A DNA stretch of 64,000 nt from an uncultured delta proteobacterium (GTDB lineage: Bacteria; Myxococcota_A; Polyangia; Fen-1088), in NCBI GenBank assembly GCA_963767925.1, contig CAVYGB010000008.1:1312001-1376000 (forward strand), written 5' to 3'. Below the pieces are notes generated by a model. It was not told the origin of the DNA. It did no database searches and saw only the letters and a list, made by a program, of their open reading frames with translations. Every line of letters begins with the position of its first letter. Position 1 is the first letter of the stretch. The translations under genes and the position numbers were made by a program. Positions 33,801 to 44,101 of the stretch are shown one piece after another.

Positions 33801-34568
33801 CCGGAAGGCGACCCACCCGGCCACCCGGGCCCGCGCCTCCGGAGCGTGGTGATGGACCGCCGCCCAGCGCTCGAACCGATCCAGGATCGCGCGAACGAAC
33901 GTCAGCTCCGCTGCCGGGGAGCCATCGGCCGGAACCGCGGGCGGGGTGATGCCGCTGCCGCCGAGCCGCGCGGCGAGCGCGCGCGCCTGGGCGCTGCCGT
34001 CCGGGCCCGGAGGGGTGGCAGCCAGCGCGGCCTCCAGATCGAGCAGCGCCGAGACCGCCCGGCCGACGAGCAGCTCCCGGTCGCCCGGCGATCCCGCCGA
34101 GCCCGGATCGATCAGCGGGAGCAGCCCGTCGACCTCGGCCTCGAGGGCGAGCGCCTCGCCCGCGCTGGCTGCGGTCGATCCGTATTTCTTGATGGCCCGG
34201 CGGGACACGAAGTCGCGCAGCCGGAACACGGGCTGGTCGCGGGTCGCGGCCCCGCGCATGCTGCCTAGCAAGGGCTCGATGGCGAACAGCTCGGCCACGA
34301 AATCGGCCAGGTGCCGGGCCACCGCGATGAGGAGGTCCCCGTCGGCGGGCGGGATCAGCTCCTCGCCGCCCCGGTAAGACTCGAAGCGCGCCGCGAGCGC
34401 CGGATCGGCGGCGGCGAGCACGCCGCGAAAGTCAGCGTCGAGATCGGCCAGACGCCCGGGATCGAAGAGGTCCCGGTAGCGGTAGCCCCACCCCAGGGCG
34501 AGGTCGCGAGCGGGATCGCTCGGTGCGTCGCGCCCAGCGGCTGCGAAGGCGTAGGGACCGAAGCTCAT
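30821..34568 (-). CDS. Large Fe-S flavoprotein: GltD/NfnB-like domain fused to a PyrK/NfnA-like FNR-2Fe-2S domain (frameshift near 31215)
   Basis: CLYCH..DSCS, GCPL, HRICNDCMKAC, VVGLGPAG, VGGGLTGID, FQPGQFFRL, LMGPTG, GGGLGNA, and SPMQCMMKEVCAQC...FSC in a second frame. Confidence 0.85.
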
Positions 34569-36946
34569 GGGGAAGCACCCGGCTTATAGCGCGCCAGGCG
34601 CTGCTTTTCCCATTCCACCCGCTCGAGAACGTCCTGGGCCCGCAGCCGGTCCGCGACCGTGCCGGCGTCGGCTCCCAGCCGTTCGAGCGCCGAGCGGCTG
34701 CGGGCGAGGTCGCCCGCCCGGAAGGCCGACTCGGCCACCAGGCTGTGGCATTCCTTCAGGAAGACCGGCGGCAAAGGGGTACGCCGCGGCTCACCCCCGA
34801 CCAGCGGACAGGCGGACTCGAGCAGCCCGAGCGACAGCGCGGGGTCGCGGTAGGCGATCTGACGACCCAGCAGATAGGGGCCCAGGGCCTCATCGGGGTA
34901 GGCGCGGGTGAACCGCTCCATCAGGAACACCACCAGGCCGGCCTCCACGCCGCGCAGGGGGCTGTCGCCGAACAGGACCCGCCCCAACGTGTTGCGAGCC
35001 GTGTCATCCGCGAGCGCGCGCAGGCGAGCCAGCGCCGTCCGCTGTTCGGCGTCTTCCGTCGCGAAGCGCACCCCGCGCTCGACGGCGGCGCGGGAACCGG
35101 CGAACCGACCGGCATGGTAGAGCGCGCTGGCCGCGATCTGGGAGGCCCGGGAGCGCAAGGGATCGGTCATCGTCTGGTCGTCCTCGATTACCTTCGCCTC
35201 CCGCAAGGCGGCGTCGGTCAACCCGGCGGCGGCGAAGGCATCGGCGAGATCGAGCCGGTAGCTGGGCTCCTGCGGGTCGTCCTGGCAGACCGATCGCAGG
35301 AGGTCGACCGCCTTCTCGGGCACCGAATACAGGCGCCCGCGGGCCTCCTGCACCCGGGCCGCGAGCTCGCGCGCGCACACCTTGCCGAAGATGGCCGGAC
35401 GCCGGAACCGCTCGCGCGCCCGGGCCTGCTCGCGCGGATCGAGCGGCTGCTTCTCGACGAAGGCGCGCCACTCGGGCTCGAGCGCGTCGAGCGGGCGGCC
35501 ATAGACCCCGGCGAAGTCTCCTCCCGACCGGTAGATGGCCCGCAGGCGCTCTGCCCCCCGGGTCTCGAGCAGGAAGTGGGTGAACGAGCCCGCGATGGTG
35601 TAGGCCCGCGGTCCCGAGATGGTGGAGAAGCCGGCCCCCACGACCTGGGCGAGCGGCGGCGCCAGCCGGGCGGCGATCATGGCCCGCGCCTCCTGGTGGA
35701 CGGTCGACCGGCCCCAGGGATCGCCAAAGTCGGCCGCCTCGGCGATGCCTTCGATGAGGCCGCTGGCCAGCCGCGGGAGGGGGAAGCGCCAGTCCAGCGA
35801 CACGCCGAACACCGGATCGCCGAAGGCGCTGGCGAACACGTGCGCCAGCTCGTGCCGGAGGCGACGGGCCGGGAAACGTTCGGCCTGGACGAAGATCTCC
35901 TGCGTCCAGGGCCTGGCGTAGAGGGTGCCGCCGGCGCCCACCAGGTCCTTCTTGGACGCAGCGCTGGGGAACAGGTACACGGTGATGGGCAGTTGGGGCG
36001 CCACCCCCAGGATCCGCACGAGCTGGTCGAAGCGGAACTCGAGGTCCCGCATGACCAGCGCCCGCTCGTCGGGAGTCCCGTCGGAAGCCGGATCGCTGTG
36101 GACGACGAAGTGGGCCGAGCGGGTCTCCCTCTCCAGGATCCGCCGCAGGTGGGCCCGGTCGACGTGAAAGCCGAGGGGGCCCCGGTTCAGGTACAGGCCG
36201 ACCGAGCCGCTCACCAGGACGGCGGCGATGAAAGCAGGGAGCAGCCAGGCGCGCCGGCCCCCGCCCCGCCGCAGCCAGGTCGCCGCGCAGGCGACCGCCG
36301 CCGCCATCCAGAGCAGGTTGACGAGCCGGAAGTGGAGCAGCCGCTCGGGCGGGCGGAGGGCCTCGTCGTAGATCGGTCCGGGGAAGTAGCCGCCGAACGG
36401 ATCGAAGACGAAGACCGGGGGATCGAAGTAGAGGCGGGCCAGCGACCAGCCGATCGAGATCACGGGGAGGAGGTAAGCCAGCAGCCGTCCCCGCCGGGGC
36501 GAGGCCAGCCCGGCCAGCGTCCCGGCCGGGGCGGCGAACAGCGCGGTGGCGACCGGCAGCAGGGAAAAGAACACGAACCCCGCGCCCAGGTTGCAGTTGC
36601 GGATCCGGAGAGCGTTGAGGAGCGCCAGCAGCAGCGGCCCCGCCAGCGTGGCCAGGGCCCCGACGATCCCGGTGGTGATCAGGGCGCCCAGGGACAGCGG
36701 GCCGCCGCTCCGCCGCGCGGCCGCGACCGCGCCGTGGCCCACGTCGACCGCCGCGAAGGCCGCCAGCAGGCCGATGGCGAACGCGAAGTCGAACCCCAGG
36801 ACGTTGAACAGGGGCAAAAAGCACAGCACCCCGCCCGCGCCGGTGAGCAACAGCGACCAGACGAGGACGCGCCGCCCGAGGCGGGCCTCGACGAAGCGAC
36901 GGGCGCGCCCGAGAGCCGAGGCAGAAGGCGGGGCCAGGGAGGTCAA
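34565..36946 (-). CDS. Membrane protein with gluzincin-type (HExxH...EG) peptidase-like domain and TPR-like C-terminus
   Basis: About 7 N-terminal TM helices, LRHELAHVF and LIEGIAEA motifs, helical C-terminus. Confidence 0.65.
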   Translation of the reverse strand: MTSLAPPSASALGRARRFVEARLGRRVLVWSLLLTGAGGVLCFLPLFNVLGFDFAFAIGLLAAFAAVDVGHGAVAAARRSGGPLSLGALITTGIVGALATLAGPLLLALLNALRIRNCNLGAGFVFFSLLPVATALFAAPAGTLAGLASPRRGRLLAYLLPVISIGWSLARLYFDPPVFVFDPFGGYFPGPIYDEALRPPERLLHFRLVNLLWMAAAVACAATWLRRGGGRRAWLLPAFIAAVLVSGSVGLYLNRGPLGFHVDRAHLRRILERETRSAHFVVHSDPASDGTPDERALVMRDLEFRFDQLVRILGVAPQLPITVYLFPSAASKKDLVGAGGTLYARPWTQEIFVQAERFPARRLRHELAHVFASAFGDPVFGVSLDWRFPLPRLASGLIEGIAEAADFGDPWGRSTVHQEARAMIAARLAPPLAQVVGAGFSTISGPRAYTIAGSFTHFLLETRGAERLRAIYRSGGDFAGVYGRPLDALEPEWRAFVEKQPLDPREQARARERFRRPAIFGKVCARELAARVQEARGRLYSVPEKAVDLLRSVCQDDPQEPSYRLDLADAFAAAGLTDAALREAKVIEDDQTMTDPLRSRASQIAASALYHAGRFAGSRAAVERGVRFATEDAEQRTALARLRALADDTARNTLGRVLFGDSPLRGVEAGLVVFLMERFTRAYPDEALGPYLLGRQIAYRDPALSLGLLESACPLVGGEPRRTPLPPVFLKECHSLVAESAFRAGDLARSRSALERLGADAGTVADRLRAQDVLERVEWEKQRLARYKPGASP

Positions 36947-36997
36947 ATCACCGCTCGCCGGGGTAAGAGGTGCGACAGAGGTACGACAGGAGCCAGC

Positions 36998-38575
36998 TCA
37001 GCGGCGGGGCTGGTAGATCTCCACCGCGTTGGAGGAGGAGCCTTCGGTATCACCGCCGAGCAGCACCACCGACAGGTTGGGCAACACGGTGGCGGTGGCG
37101 CGGGCCCGCGGAACCGCCGGCGTCTCGGCGACCAGCTCCCAGGTCTTGACGTCGTAGATCTCGGCGTTGTCGAGCAGCCTGCCGTCGGGACCGTAGCCCC
37201 CGGCCACCACCAGGTCATCGTTGATGACGAAGGCCGCGAAGCCAGTGCGCGGGTGGCGCAGGGTGACCGGACCGGGGCCGAATCGGCGCTGGGCCGGGAA
37301 ATAGATCAGGGAGTCGCCGCGCGGCTGCGTCCCGGGCGCCACCGCGACGTCCAGCCCGCCGAGGATCAGGACGCGCGCCTCGGCCGCTGCCGGGAGGGCG
37401 ATCGCCACGTGGTCCCGCCGGGCGGTGCCGGGGTGACCGGGCTGTCCCACGGCGGCCGGGTCGGGGCTGCCCGCCGCGGTCAGGTCGAGGGGGATCCAGT
37501 CCTCCTTCATCGGGTCGAACAGCTCGGCCACCGGCAGGCCGGCCGCGGCGCCCCCGTAGACGAGGATGTTGCCCCAGGTATCGCTGCTGGCCACGCTGGT
37601 CGCCGTGTGACCGACCCGGGCGGCGGCCATCTTCCGGGGCGACAGGGCGACCGGGCTGGACGGCCGCGCGTCGACGTCGATGACGATCACGCTGTCGAGT
37701 GGCTGGTCGGCCGCGTCCAGCCCCCCGAAGGCGAAGACCGGCCGCACGCTGGCCGCCATCACCGTGCGCTTGCGAGCCAGGGCCATTCCGCCGTCGTAGG
37801 GAGGCGCCATCTGGAGAAAGAAGCTCGAGAACCCCTGGCGGCCGACCGCGAACAGGTCGAGCTGGGCGGAGGTGACCGGCGCCTCCGAGACGTTGCTCTG
37901 CGAGAGGCCCCCGAACACGTAGATCCGGCCGCCGCGGCTGACCGCCGCGGCCTCCGCGCGCAGGCCGCCGGAGGTCCGGCCCACGTCCTCGGGGACGTGG
38001 GTGATGGGGTTGTAGACGTAGAGCTCGTTCGACAGGAGCTCCTGCTCGCCGCTGCCGGCGGGGACCCGCATCCGCCCGGCGCCGAAGACCGGGACGGTGA
38101 CCTGCACGGTCAGATCGGGGCCGAAGGTGCCCGACTCGGCCGGCACCGCCACGTGATCCCGGGTCTTGATGGTGAAGTCGCGGCTGCGGGCGAGCGTGCC
38201 GGGCTTCTGGACGAAGATGCGGATGAAGGGCGAGAGCTTCAGCACTTCCATCTGGGGCGTCTGCCCGAAGGCGACGACCTTGCCACTGGCGTCGAGGGCG
38301 CGGACGGCGAGGATCGCGGTGCGGGTGATGGCGGGATCGATGTCGGGGGCCTCGATCTCGAAGCGACCGTTCCCGGTCACCGCCTTGCTCGCCACGATCT
38401 GGCTCGAGACCAGCAGGTCCACGGTGGCGGCGCCGGCGAAGGTGTCGGCCGGCCCGGCGATCTCGATGGTGTACGTGTCCTTCAGGGTCTCGCCGCAGCC
38501 GGTACCGGCCAGCGCCGCGAACAACCCCGAGAGCACGCACGCCGCACCAGGGCGAGCCAGACCGGTCATGAACAT
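36998..38575 (-). CDS. Kelch-repeat lipoprotein
   Basis: Signal ending GTGC; repeats GRIYVFGG, VFAFGG, ARVGHTAT..ILVYGG, VLILGG, VVAGG, RARATAT..VLLGG. Confidence 0.8.
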   Translation of the reverse strand: MFMTGLARPGAACVLSGLFAALAGTGCGETLKDTYTIEIAGPADTFAGAATVDLLVSSQIVASKAVTGNGRFEIEAPDIDPAITRTAILAVRALDASGKVVAFGQTPQMEVLKLSPFIRIFVQKPGTLARSRDFTIKTRDHVAVPAESGTFGPDLTVQVTVPVFGAGRMRVPAGSGEQELLSNELYVYNPITHVPEDVGRTSGGLRAEAAAVSRGGRIYVFGGLSQSNVSEAPVTSAQLDLFAVGRQGFSSFFLQMAPPYDGGMALARKRTVMAASVRPVFAFGGLDAADQPLDSVIVIDVDARPSSPVALSPRKMAAARVGHTATSVASSDTWGNILVYGGAAAGLPVAELFDPMKEDWIPLDLTAAGSPDPAAVGQPGHPGTARRDHVAIALPAAAEARVLILGGLDVAVAPGTQPRGDSLIYFPAQRRFGPGPVTLRHPRTGFAAFVINDDLVVAGGYGPDGRLLDNAEIYDVKTWELVAETPAVPRARATATVLPNLSVVLLGGDTEGSSSNAVEIYQPRR

Positions 38576-38629
38576 GCCTCGCAGCCTAATACCGCGCTGC
38601 CACGAGCGCCAAGGCACAACGCCACCCGG

Positions 38630-39817
38630 TCAGCCGATGTTCATCTCGTGGTCGGCCGGGGCGGCAAACCGGCGATCGGGGCGCCAGGTGTCGAAGAAGG
38701 GGTGGGTCTCCTTGCCCAGCAGGTGGCGGGCATAGTAGCGGCTGACCACCGGCGCCATCATGAAGCCGTGCCCGACGAAGCCGCAGCAGAGAAAGAGCCC
38801 CGGCACCGCGGGGGCCTCCCCGACCAGCGGCGCCCCGTCGGGGGACATGTCATAGGGGCCAGCCCACTGCCGGACCACCTTCAGGTGCCCGAGCCGCGGG
38901 ATCACCTCCAGCATGCCGGCCGCCATGGTCTCGACGAACCGGAGGGTCGAGCCCAGCTCGACCGAGTCGGTGCGCGGCTCCTCCAGGGTGATGCCCCCCA
39001 CCACCTCCCCCCGCAGGGACTGGGAGAAATACAGCCCCGAGTCGAGGACCGAGACCATGGGCTTCAAGAAAGGCTTGAGGGGCTCGGTCGACAGGATCTC
39101 GTGCCGGGCGGGCCAGGTGGGGAGCTCGACCCCCACCAGGCGCGCCACCTCGGCCGACCAGGCCCCCGCCGCGTTCAGGATCCGCTCGGCCCGCAGCTCG
39201 CCCTTGCTGGTCGTGAGGGTGAAGCCCTGGGGTCCGGGGGTGATGGCCGAGACCCGGGTGCGGGTGTGGATCTCCACGCCCCGGCGGGCGGCCGCCCGGG
39301 CGTAGCCCCAGAGGAACGGCCAGGGAAAGACGATGGCGTCGGTCGGGTTGTAACAGGCGCCGGCGAAGGGCCCGTCGTCGATCTCGGGCACGATCCGGCG
39401 GGCCTCGGCCATGTCGAGCAGACGGGTCGGCACGTCGCAGGCGTTCTGCAGGGCGATGGCCTGTTTCATCCGCTCGAGCTGGGCCGTGCTGCGGGCGAGA
39501 AAGAGGTAGCCCCCCTGCCGCATCCAGATGTTCACCCCCAGCTCCTGGGCGAAGCCCCGGCAGATCTCCAGCGACTCCTGCATCAGGCGGATGTTGAGCT
39601 CGGTGGACCACTGCTGGCGCACGCCCCCGCCGTTGCGGCCCGAGGCCCCCCAGGCCAGGTGCTGCCCCTCGAGCACGACGACGTCCGAGCAGCCGAGGGC
39701 GGCGAGCTGGTAGGCGGTGGCGAGACCCATGATGCCCCCGCCGATGATGGCGATCTGAGCCTCCTTGCGCAGGGGCGCGGTGGCCGTCGAGCCGAGGGTG
39801 GACCGCCGGCGCCTCAC
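38630..39817 (-). CDS. FAD-dependent oxidoreductase, sarcosine oxidase beta / dye-linked proline dehydrogenase beta-like
   Basis: [55 protein letters not shown] overlap at 39814-39817. Confidence 0.88.
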   Translation of the reverse strand: MRRRRSTLGSTATAPLRKEAQIAIIGGGIMGLATAYQLAALGCSDVVVLEGQHLAWGASGRNGGGVRQQWSTELNIRLMQESLEICRGFAQELGVNIWMRQGGYLFLARSTAQLERMKQAIALQNACDVPTRLLDMAEARRIVPEIDDGPFAGACYNPTDAIVFPWPFLWGYARAAARRGVEIHTRTRVSAITPGPQGFTLTTSKGELRAERILNAAGAWSAEVARLVGVELPTWPARHEILSTEPLKPFLKPMVSVLDSGLYFSQSLRGEVVGGITLEEPRTDSVELGSTLRFVETMAAGMLEVIPRLGHLKVVRQWAGPYDMSPDGAPLVGEAPAVPGLFLCCGFVGHGFMMAPVVSRYYARHLLGKETHPFFDTWRPDRRFAAPADHEMNIG

Positions 39818-40083
39818 GGGCGGCGCCTCACGCACAGGCGCAGCTCGGTGGGGTGCAGCGGAGGGCGGCTGGTGAATGGCTGCAGGGTCTCGGCAGGGAC
39901 GCCGGCCAGCCGGGCGATGGCCGCCGCCACCTCTCGCAGGCACTCCTTGCCCTGGCAGGGACCGGTCCCGAAGCCGGTGTAGCGCTTCACCTCCTCGAGG
40001 TCCGCGAAGCCGGTCTTGATCGCCCGCTCGACGTCGGAGAGGGTGACGTCCTCGCAGCGACAGAGAACGATCTTGCGGCTCAT
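39814..40083 (-). CDS. BFD-like [2Fe-2S]-binding protein
   Basis: LCRCEDVT...[21 protein letters not shown]. Confidence 0.88.
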   Translation of the reverse strand: MSRKIVLCRCEDVTLSDVERAIKTGFADLEEVKRYTGFGTGPCQGKECLREVAAAIARLAGVPAETLQPFTSRPPLHPTELRLCVRRRP

Positions 40084-40092
40084 TCGGCGCGA

Positions 40093-40875
40093 TCAGCGGG
40101 GCTTGGGGAGCTGGAACAGGGTGGGCGACAGCTTCTGATTGAACTTCACCTCGGCCAGCCGGGCCTCGACGGTCATGGGCCCGGCGGTTGTCTCCTCCCG
40201 GAAGGGCAGCTTGACCCCCTCCACCTCGCGCCAGTCCGAGAGCCGGGCGGAGTAGGGGATCTCTCCCTGGGGGGTGGCCTGCTTGCCCTGCTGGTAGGCG
40301 CGCAGGTGGGTGTTGGCATCGAAGCAGGCGACCGCCGGCTGGCCCACCGCGGGGACCAGCTCGACACACTCGAGCGGATCGCCCTTGGGGGCGGCCTCGG
40401 GCCGGGAGGCCGGGCGGATGGTCTTGTACAGCTTGTCGAGCTTGACGTCGCCGTTCCAGGTGCCCTCGATGCGGGCCTGCTCCTCCTCCGCGCCCTTGAG
40501 GATGCGCAGGCCGTTGATGGGATCTTCCGACCAGCGCACACGTCCGGTGGAGCCTTGCTTGATGACGCCGATGCCGGGCAAGGTGGTGACCGAGAGGACC
40601 TGGCCGGCGGCGGTCGCCCACCGCTCCTCGGTGCCGCCGACCCCCATCCCCTTGACCGCGATCTCACGCTTCACGTAGACGTTCTTGTGCTTGCCGAGGG
40701 CGCGGGCGCCTCCGATCGCCTTGCTGTAGTCGGCGAGGATCGCCTTCACGGCCCGGGGCGGAGCCGCCTCGGGGGCGGGGCTGGCGGCGGCGGTCTGGGC
40801 GACGACCGGTGGTTGGATCCCGAGGAGGATCGCCAGGGCGAGGCCGGGCGGCAGGAGGTGCGGCGCGCGGTTCAT
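40093..40875 (-). CDS. Secreted hypothetical protein (resembles lipoprotein-sorting/DUF620-like beta-sheet proteins)
   Basis: Signal peptide, [29 protein letters not shown]. Confidence 0.6.
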   Translation of the reverse strand: MNRAPHLLPPGLALAILLGIQPPVVAQTAAASPAPEAAPPRAVKAILADYSKAIGGARALGKHKNVYVKREIAVKGMGVGGTEERWATAAGQVLSVTTLPGIGVIKQGSTGRVRWSEDPINGLRILKGAEEEQARIEGTWNGDVKLDKLYKTIRPASRPEAAPKGDPLECVELVPAVGQPAVACFDANTHLRAYQQGKQATPQGEIPYSARLSDWREVEGVKLPFREETTAGPMTVEARLAEVKFNQKLSPTLFQLPKPR

Positions 40876-42299
40876 GGTGCCTTCGATGCTCGGGCCGCCG
40901 CGAGGGCGGCGTCAAGGACCGGATCCCGGCCCGCCAGCAGGGCGGCCCGCGTCTCCAGGATCCGCCGGTCGGGCTGGACCCCCCGCCCCTCGAGCAAGAC
41001 GCCCTTGGGGGTGCGAAAGTCGGCCACCACGTACTGGATGATCGCGCCTCCCGGCAGCGACTCGACCTGGGAGGGCAGCACCGCCCCCAGCGAGGTGTCA
41101 CCGACCACGATGGCCCGCCCCGCCTCCTTGAGGCCGGCGGCGAAGATCTCGGCGGTCGAGGCGGTCCCCTCGTCGGTCACGATGACCAGCCCCCCGGTGA
41201 AGGGCTTGACCCCCATGGGGGGGGTGGCGATGAACACCTGGTTGAACTCCCGGAACTGGAGGGTGCCGAGGGTCAGCGGGCGATCGGTCAGGCGGGAGGC
41301 GATGGGGATGGCCACCGCCCCCTGTCCGCCGGGGTTGCCTCGCAGATCCAGCACCACCGCCCGGCTCTTGCGAGCCCGGAAACCGTCGATGGCGGCCTGC
41401 ACGCGCGGCAACACCTCCTCGGTGAGGAAGAGGTTGAAGGACAGGACGCCGATGTCGCCGATCTGCGAGACCCGCACCTCGGGGTAGAGAGGCGGCAGCA
41501 GCCCCAGCTTGACCGGCCGTTCCCGGGAGACCTGGCGCTCGAGCACGACCTCCCCGGGCCGGTCCTGAGCGTCGAGGTACTTGACCGTGACCTTGCTGCC
41601 AGCGGGGCCCAGCAGCCGGCGGGCGGCCGCCACCCGGGCGTAGAAGCGCTCCTCCACCGGCCGCAGCGGCCGGCCGCCCCGGGCGGCGGTCTGCACCGGC
41701 CAGCCGCCGATGTGGGTGACGATGAAACCCGGCCGGATCCCGGCGCCCTCGGCCGAAGATCCCGGGCGCACGAGGGTGACGGTGGGTCGGCCCTCGATGA
41801 TCCGCAGCACGAAGCCCGGCTCCGCCTCTCCTCCGGCCGCGGGAGGCCCGTCGGGGTCGAACACGTGGCTGGCAGGCGCGCCCGGGCCGGCCACCTCCAG
41901 GTGGGACTGGCCGAGCTCGCCCAGCATCTGGTTGAGGAAGCGGTAGAACGTGGCGGCGTCGGGGGCGCCAAGCGCCAGGGGCTCGTAGCGGCTCCGCATG
42001 GCGTTCCAGTCGAGCCCACCCAGCGTCTTGTCGAAGTGCTTGTCGCGCACGAGCGTCCAGGCTCCCTCGAAGATCGCCCGCCGGATCGGCCGGTCGCCCG
42101 AGCCCCGGTCCGAGGGGTCGATGACCGGCGCCGGTCCCGCTTCGGCCAGCGGCGGCGGCGCGACCGCGGCCGCGGGGGCGCTGGCGGGCAAGGGGGCGGC
42201 GGTGGCGGCGGCCCCGGGCAGGGCCTGACGGGCGGCGCAACCGAGGACGCCCACCCCGAGCGCCCAGACCACAGCGGGGAGACCTCGCGTACCGAACAT
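40872..42299 (-). CDS. S41 family C-terminal processing peptidase, lipoprotein with PDZ domain
   Basis: Lipobox VLGC, LGQSH, PGSSAEGAGIRPG, VLDLRGNPGG, TASTAEIFA, LEGRGVQPD. Confidence 0.9.
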   Translation of the reverse strand: MFGTRGLPAVVWALGVGVLGCAARQALPGAAATAAPLPASAPAAAVAPPPLAEAGPAPVIDPSDRGSGDRPIRRAIFEGAWTLVRDKHFDKTLGGLDWNAMRSRYEPLALGAPDAATFYRFLNQMLGELGQSHLEVAGPGAPASHVFDPDGPPAAGGEAEPGFVLRIIEGRPTVTLVRPGSSAEGAGIRPGFIVTHIGGWPVQTAARGGRPLRPVEERFYARVAAARRLLGPAGSKVTVKYLDAQDRPGEVVLERQVSRERPVKLGLLPPLYPEVRVSQIGDIGVLSFNLFLTEEVLPRVQAAIDGFRARKSRAVVLDLRGNPGGQGAVAIPIASRLTDRPLTLGTLQFREFNQVFIATPPMGVKPFTGGLVIVTDEGTASTAEIFAAGLKEAGRAIVVGDTSLGAVLPSQVESLPGGAIIQYVVADFRTPKGVLLEGRGVQPDRRILETRAALLAGRDPVLDAALAAARASKAP

Positions 42300-42309
42300 T
42301 GCCTGAAGC

Positions 42310-43596
42310 TTACAAGCTCTCGGCGGCGGCGGCGCCCACTTGCGCACCCTGCTCGGCCGCGCGCTCCGGGCCGAGGTAGCCGGTCACGTCTCCGGCGACG
42401 AACACGCCAGGCAGGCAGACGCCCGACCCCGAGGTCTTCACGCAGAATCCGCCCCGCTCGAGGTCGAGGCTCACGCGGGCGCCGTGCTGTCGGGGCAGCT
42501 CCGAAGCCGGGGCGGGCAGGGCGCCCATGGCGAAGACATCCCGGCTCAGATCCAGCCTGGGCAGGGCCCCGGCCCCGGACATCGCGACCTCCACCCCCCG
42601 CTCGACGAGCCCCTGGGCCAGCCGCTCGAGGTAGGCAGGGGGGTTGTCGACCGGCTGCACGATGACCACCCGACGGCCCGGCCGGATGCCCCAGCGGAAG
42701 GCCAGGCGACCGACGGCCCGCGCGGCGAGCACGCCGGGCCGGTCGGCGTCGGGCAAGGGCAGGTTCTGATCGTAGGCCCCGGTGGCGTAGAGAAACCGGC
42801 GGGCCGAGATCCGGGCCAGGCCCTCGGGGCGGCTCACCGCCAGCAGGCCCCCCGGACCATCGACCGCCGGCCGGGCCACCCGATCTCCGGCGAAGTACCC
42901 GATCGCGGTCGCCGACCGCCAGAGCCGGGCCCCCAGCCGCTCGGCCGCGCCGGCCAGCTCCCCGGCACGTGGCCCACCCGCCGGCTCGGCCAGCAGCGAG
43001 CCGCCGGGCCGGTCCTGATCGTCGACCAGCAGCACCGCCAGCCCGGGCCGCCGCTGCAGGGCCGCGGCGGCCGCCGCCAGCCCGGCGGGGCCGGCCCCCA
43101 CGATGCAGAGATCGACCGTCTCGTCCTGGATGGGCGGCAGGTCCTCGGGGGGCTGGTCGGGCAGGGTGCCGCTGCCGCCCATCTGACGGACGACCTTGAC
43201 GAAGAGCTCGTTGGCCAGTCGGTTGCCCGTGAGCAGCTCGTGGTGGTCCATGCCCCGGGGAAACAGCCAGTCGGCCGCCCGCAGCAGGTCGAGCTCAGGA
43301 TCTGGAAACGCGTTCTGGCGGTCGCAGCGCAGCCCGGGACGGGCCGGGACGACACAGGCGCGCAGGTTGGGGCGGCCGTCCACCCGCATGAGGCAGGAGG
43401 CGCAGTGACCGCTGGCGCAGAACAGGCCCCGGGGGCGGTGGTACTTCGGGGAGCGGGCCAGCAGGCGGATCCCCCCGGCGAACAGGGCCACCGCCACCGG
43501 CTCGCCTTCGTGGGCCCGCACCGGCTGGCCATCGAGCTCGATGGTGATCACCGGACCGCGCGGCTCGGCGGTGGGCAGCGTGCGCAGGTCGTCCAA
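42310..43596 (-). CDS. 2Fe-2S/FAD oxidoreductase, sarcosine oxidase alpha / proline dehydrogenase alpha-like
   Basis: RSPKYHRPRGLFCASGHCASCLMRVDG..RAC, IVGAGPAGL, ATGA, VFVAGDVTG. Confidence 0.85.
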   Translation of the reverse strand: MDDLRTLPTAEPRGPVITIELDGQPVRAHEGEPVAVALFAGGIRLLARSPKYHRPRGLFCASGHCASCLMRVDGRPNLRACVVPARPGLRCDRQNAFPDPELDLLRAADWLFPRGMDHHELLTGNRLANELFVKVVRQMGGSGTLPDQPPEDLPPIQDETVDLCIVGAGPAGLAAAAAALQRRPGLAVLLVDDQDRPGGSLLAEPAGGPRAGELAGAAERLGARLWRSATAIGYFAGDRVARPAVDGPGGLLAVSRPEGLARISARRFLYATGAYDQNLPLPDADRPGVLAARAVGRLAFRWGIRPGRRVVIVQPVDNPPAYLERLAQGLVERGVEVAMSGAGALPRLDLSRDVFAMGALPAPASELPRQHGARVSLDLERGGFCVKTSGSGVCLPGVFVAGDVTGYLGPERAAEQGAQVGAAAAESL

Positions 43597-43606
43597 CGCC
43601 GGTAGT

Positions 43607-44101
43607 TTAGTACTTTATCCGGCCGGCGAGGGACTGCCACAGCTCGAAGGGTGCCTCCGCGCCGGCCAGCGGGATCCGCACGAAGGGCAGCTTCCGCGCG
43701 TCGACCGGGCGGGCCAGCTCCTCGTAGATCAGGGCATCGTCGAAACCGACCGCCGCCGCCTCGGCGCGGGTGGCGGTGTAGTACACCGCCCGCGGCCGGG
43801 CCCAGTAGAGCGCCCCCAGGCACATCGGGCAGGGCTCGCAGCTCGCGTAGACGTCGCAGCCGTCGAGCTGGAACCGGCCCCGGGCGGCGCAGGCCGCGCG
43901 GATCGCCTGCACCTCGGCGTGGGCGGTGGGGTCGTTGCGGGAGACAACCTCGTTGTGGCAGCCCGCCAGCACCCGTCCGCTCTCCACCACCACCGCCCCG
44001 AAGGGCCCGCCGTGGCCGCCCCGCGCGCCCGCCGCCGCCAGGTCGATGGCCATGCGCAGGTACCGCTCGTGGACGGCCGGATCCCCCGCTGGCAGCGTCA
44101 C
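43607..44101 (-). CDS. Guanine deaminase / nucleoside deaminase (cytidine deaminase fold)
   Basis: GGPFGAVVV, NDPTAHAEV, SCEPCPMCLGA, GFDD; GTGA overlap. Confidence 0.9.
   Translation of the reverse strand: MTLPAGDPAVHERYLRMAIDLAAAGARGGHGGPFGAVVVESGRVLAGCHNEVVSRNDPTAHAEVQAIRAACAARGRFQLDGCDVYASCEPCPMCLGALYWARPRAVYYTATRAEAAAVGFDDALIYEELARPVDARKLPFVRIPLAGAEAPFELWQSLAGRIKY

Noticed and set aside
34523..39982. 1819-aa plus-strand ORF and other long shadow ORFs (e.g. 1357-4320 minus, 32238-34268 plus)
   Set aside because: They are antisense to well-supported genes. Stop-poor shadow frames are expected at ~70% GC, and they contain no recognisable motifs.
38630..43596. HCN synthase hcnABC or glutamate synthase calls for the oxidoreductases
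   Set aside because: The folds are shared across several families, so substrate cannot be assigned by eye. No gltB accompanies the GltD-like gene.
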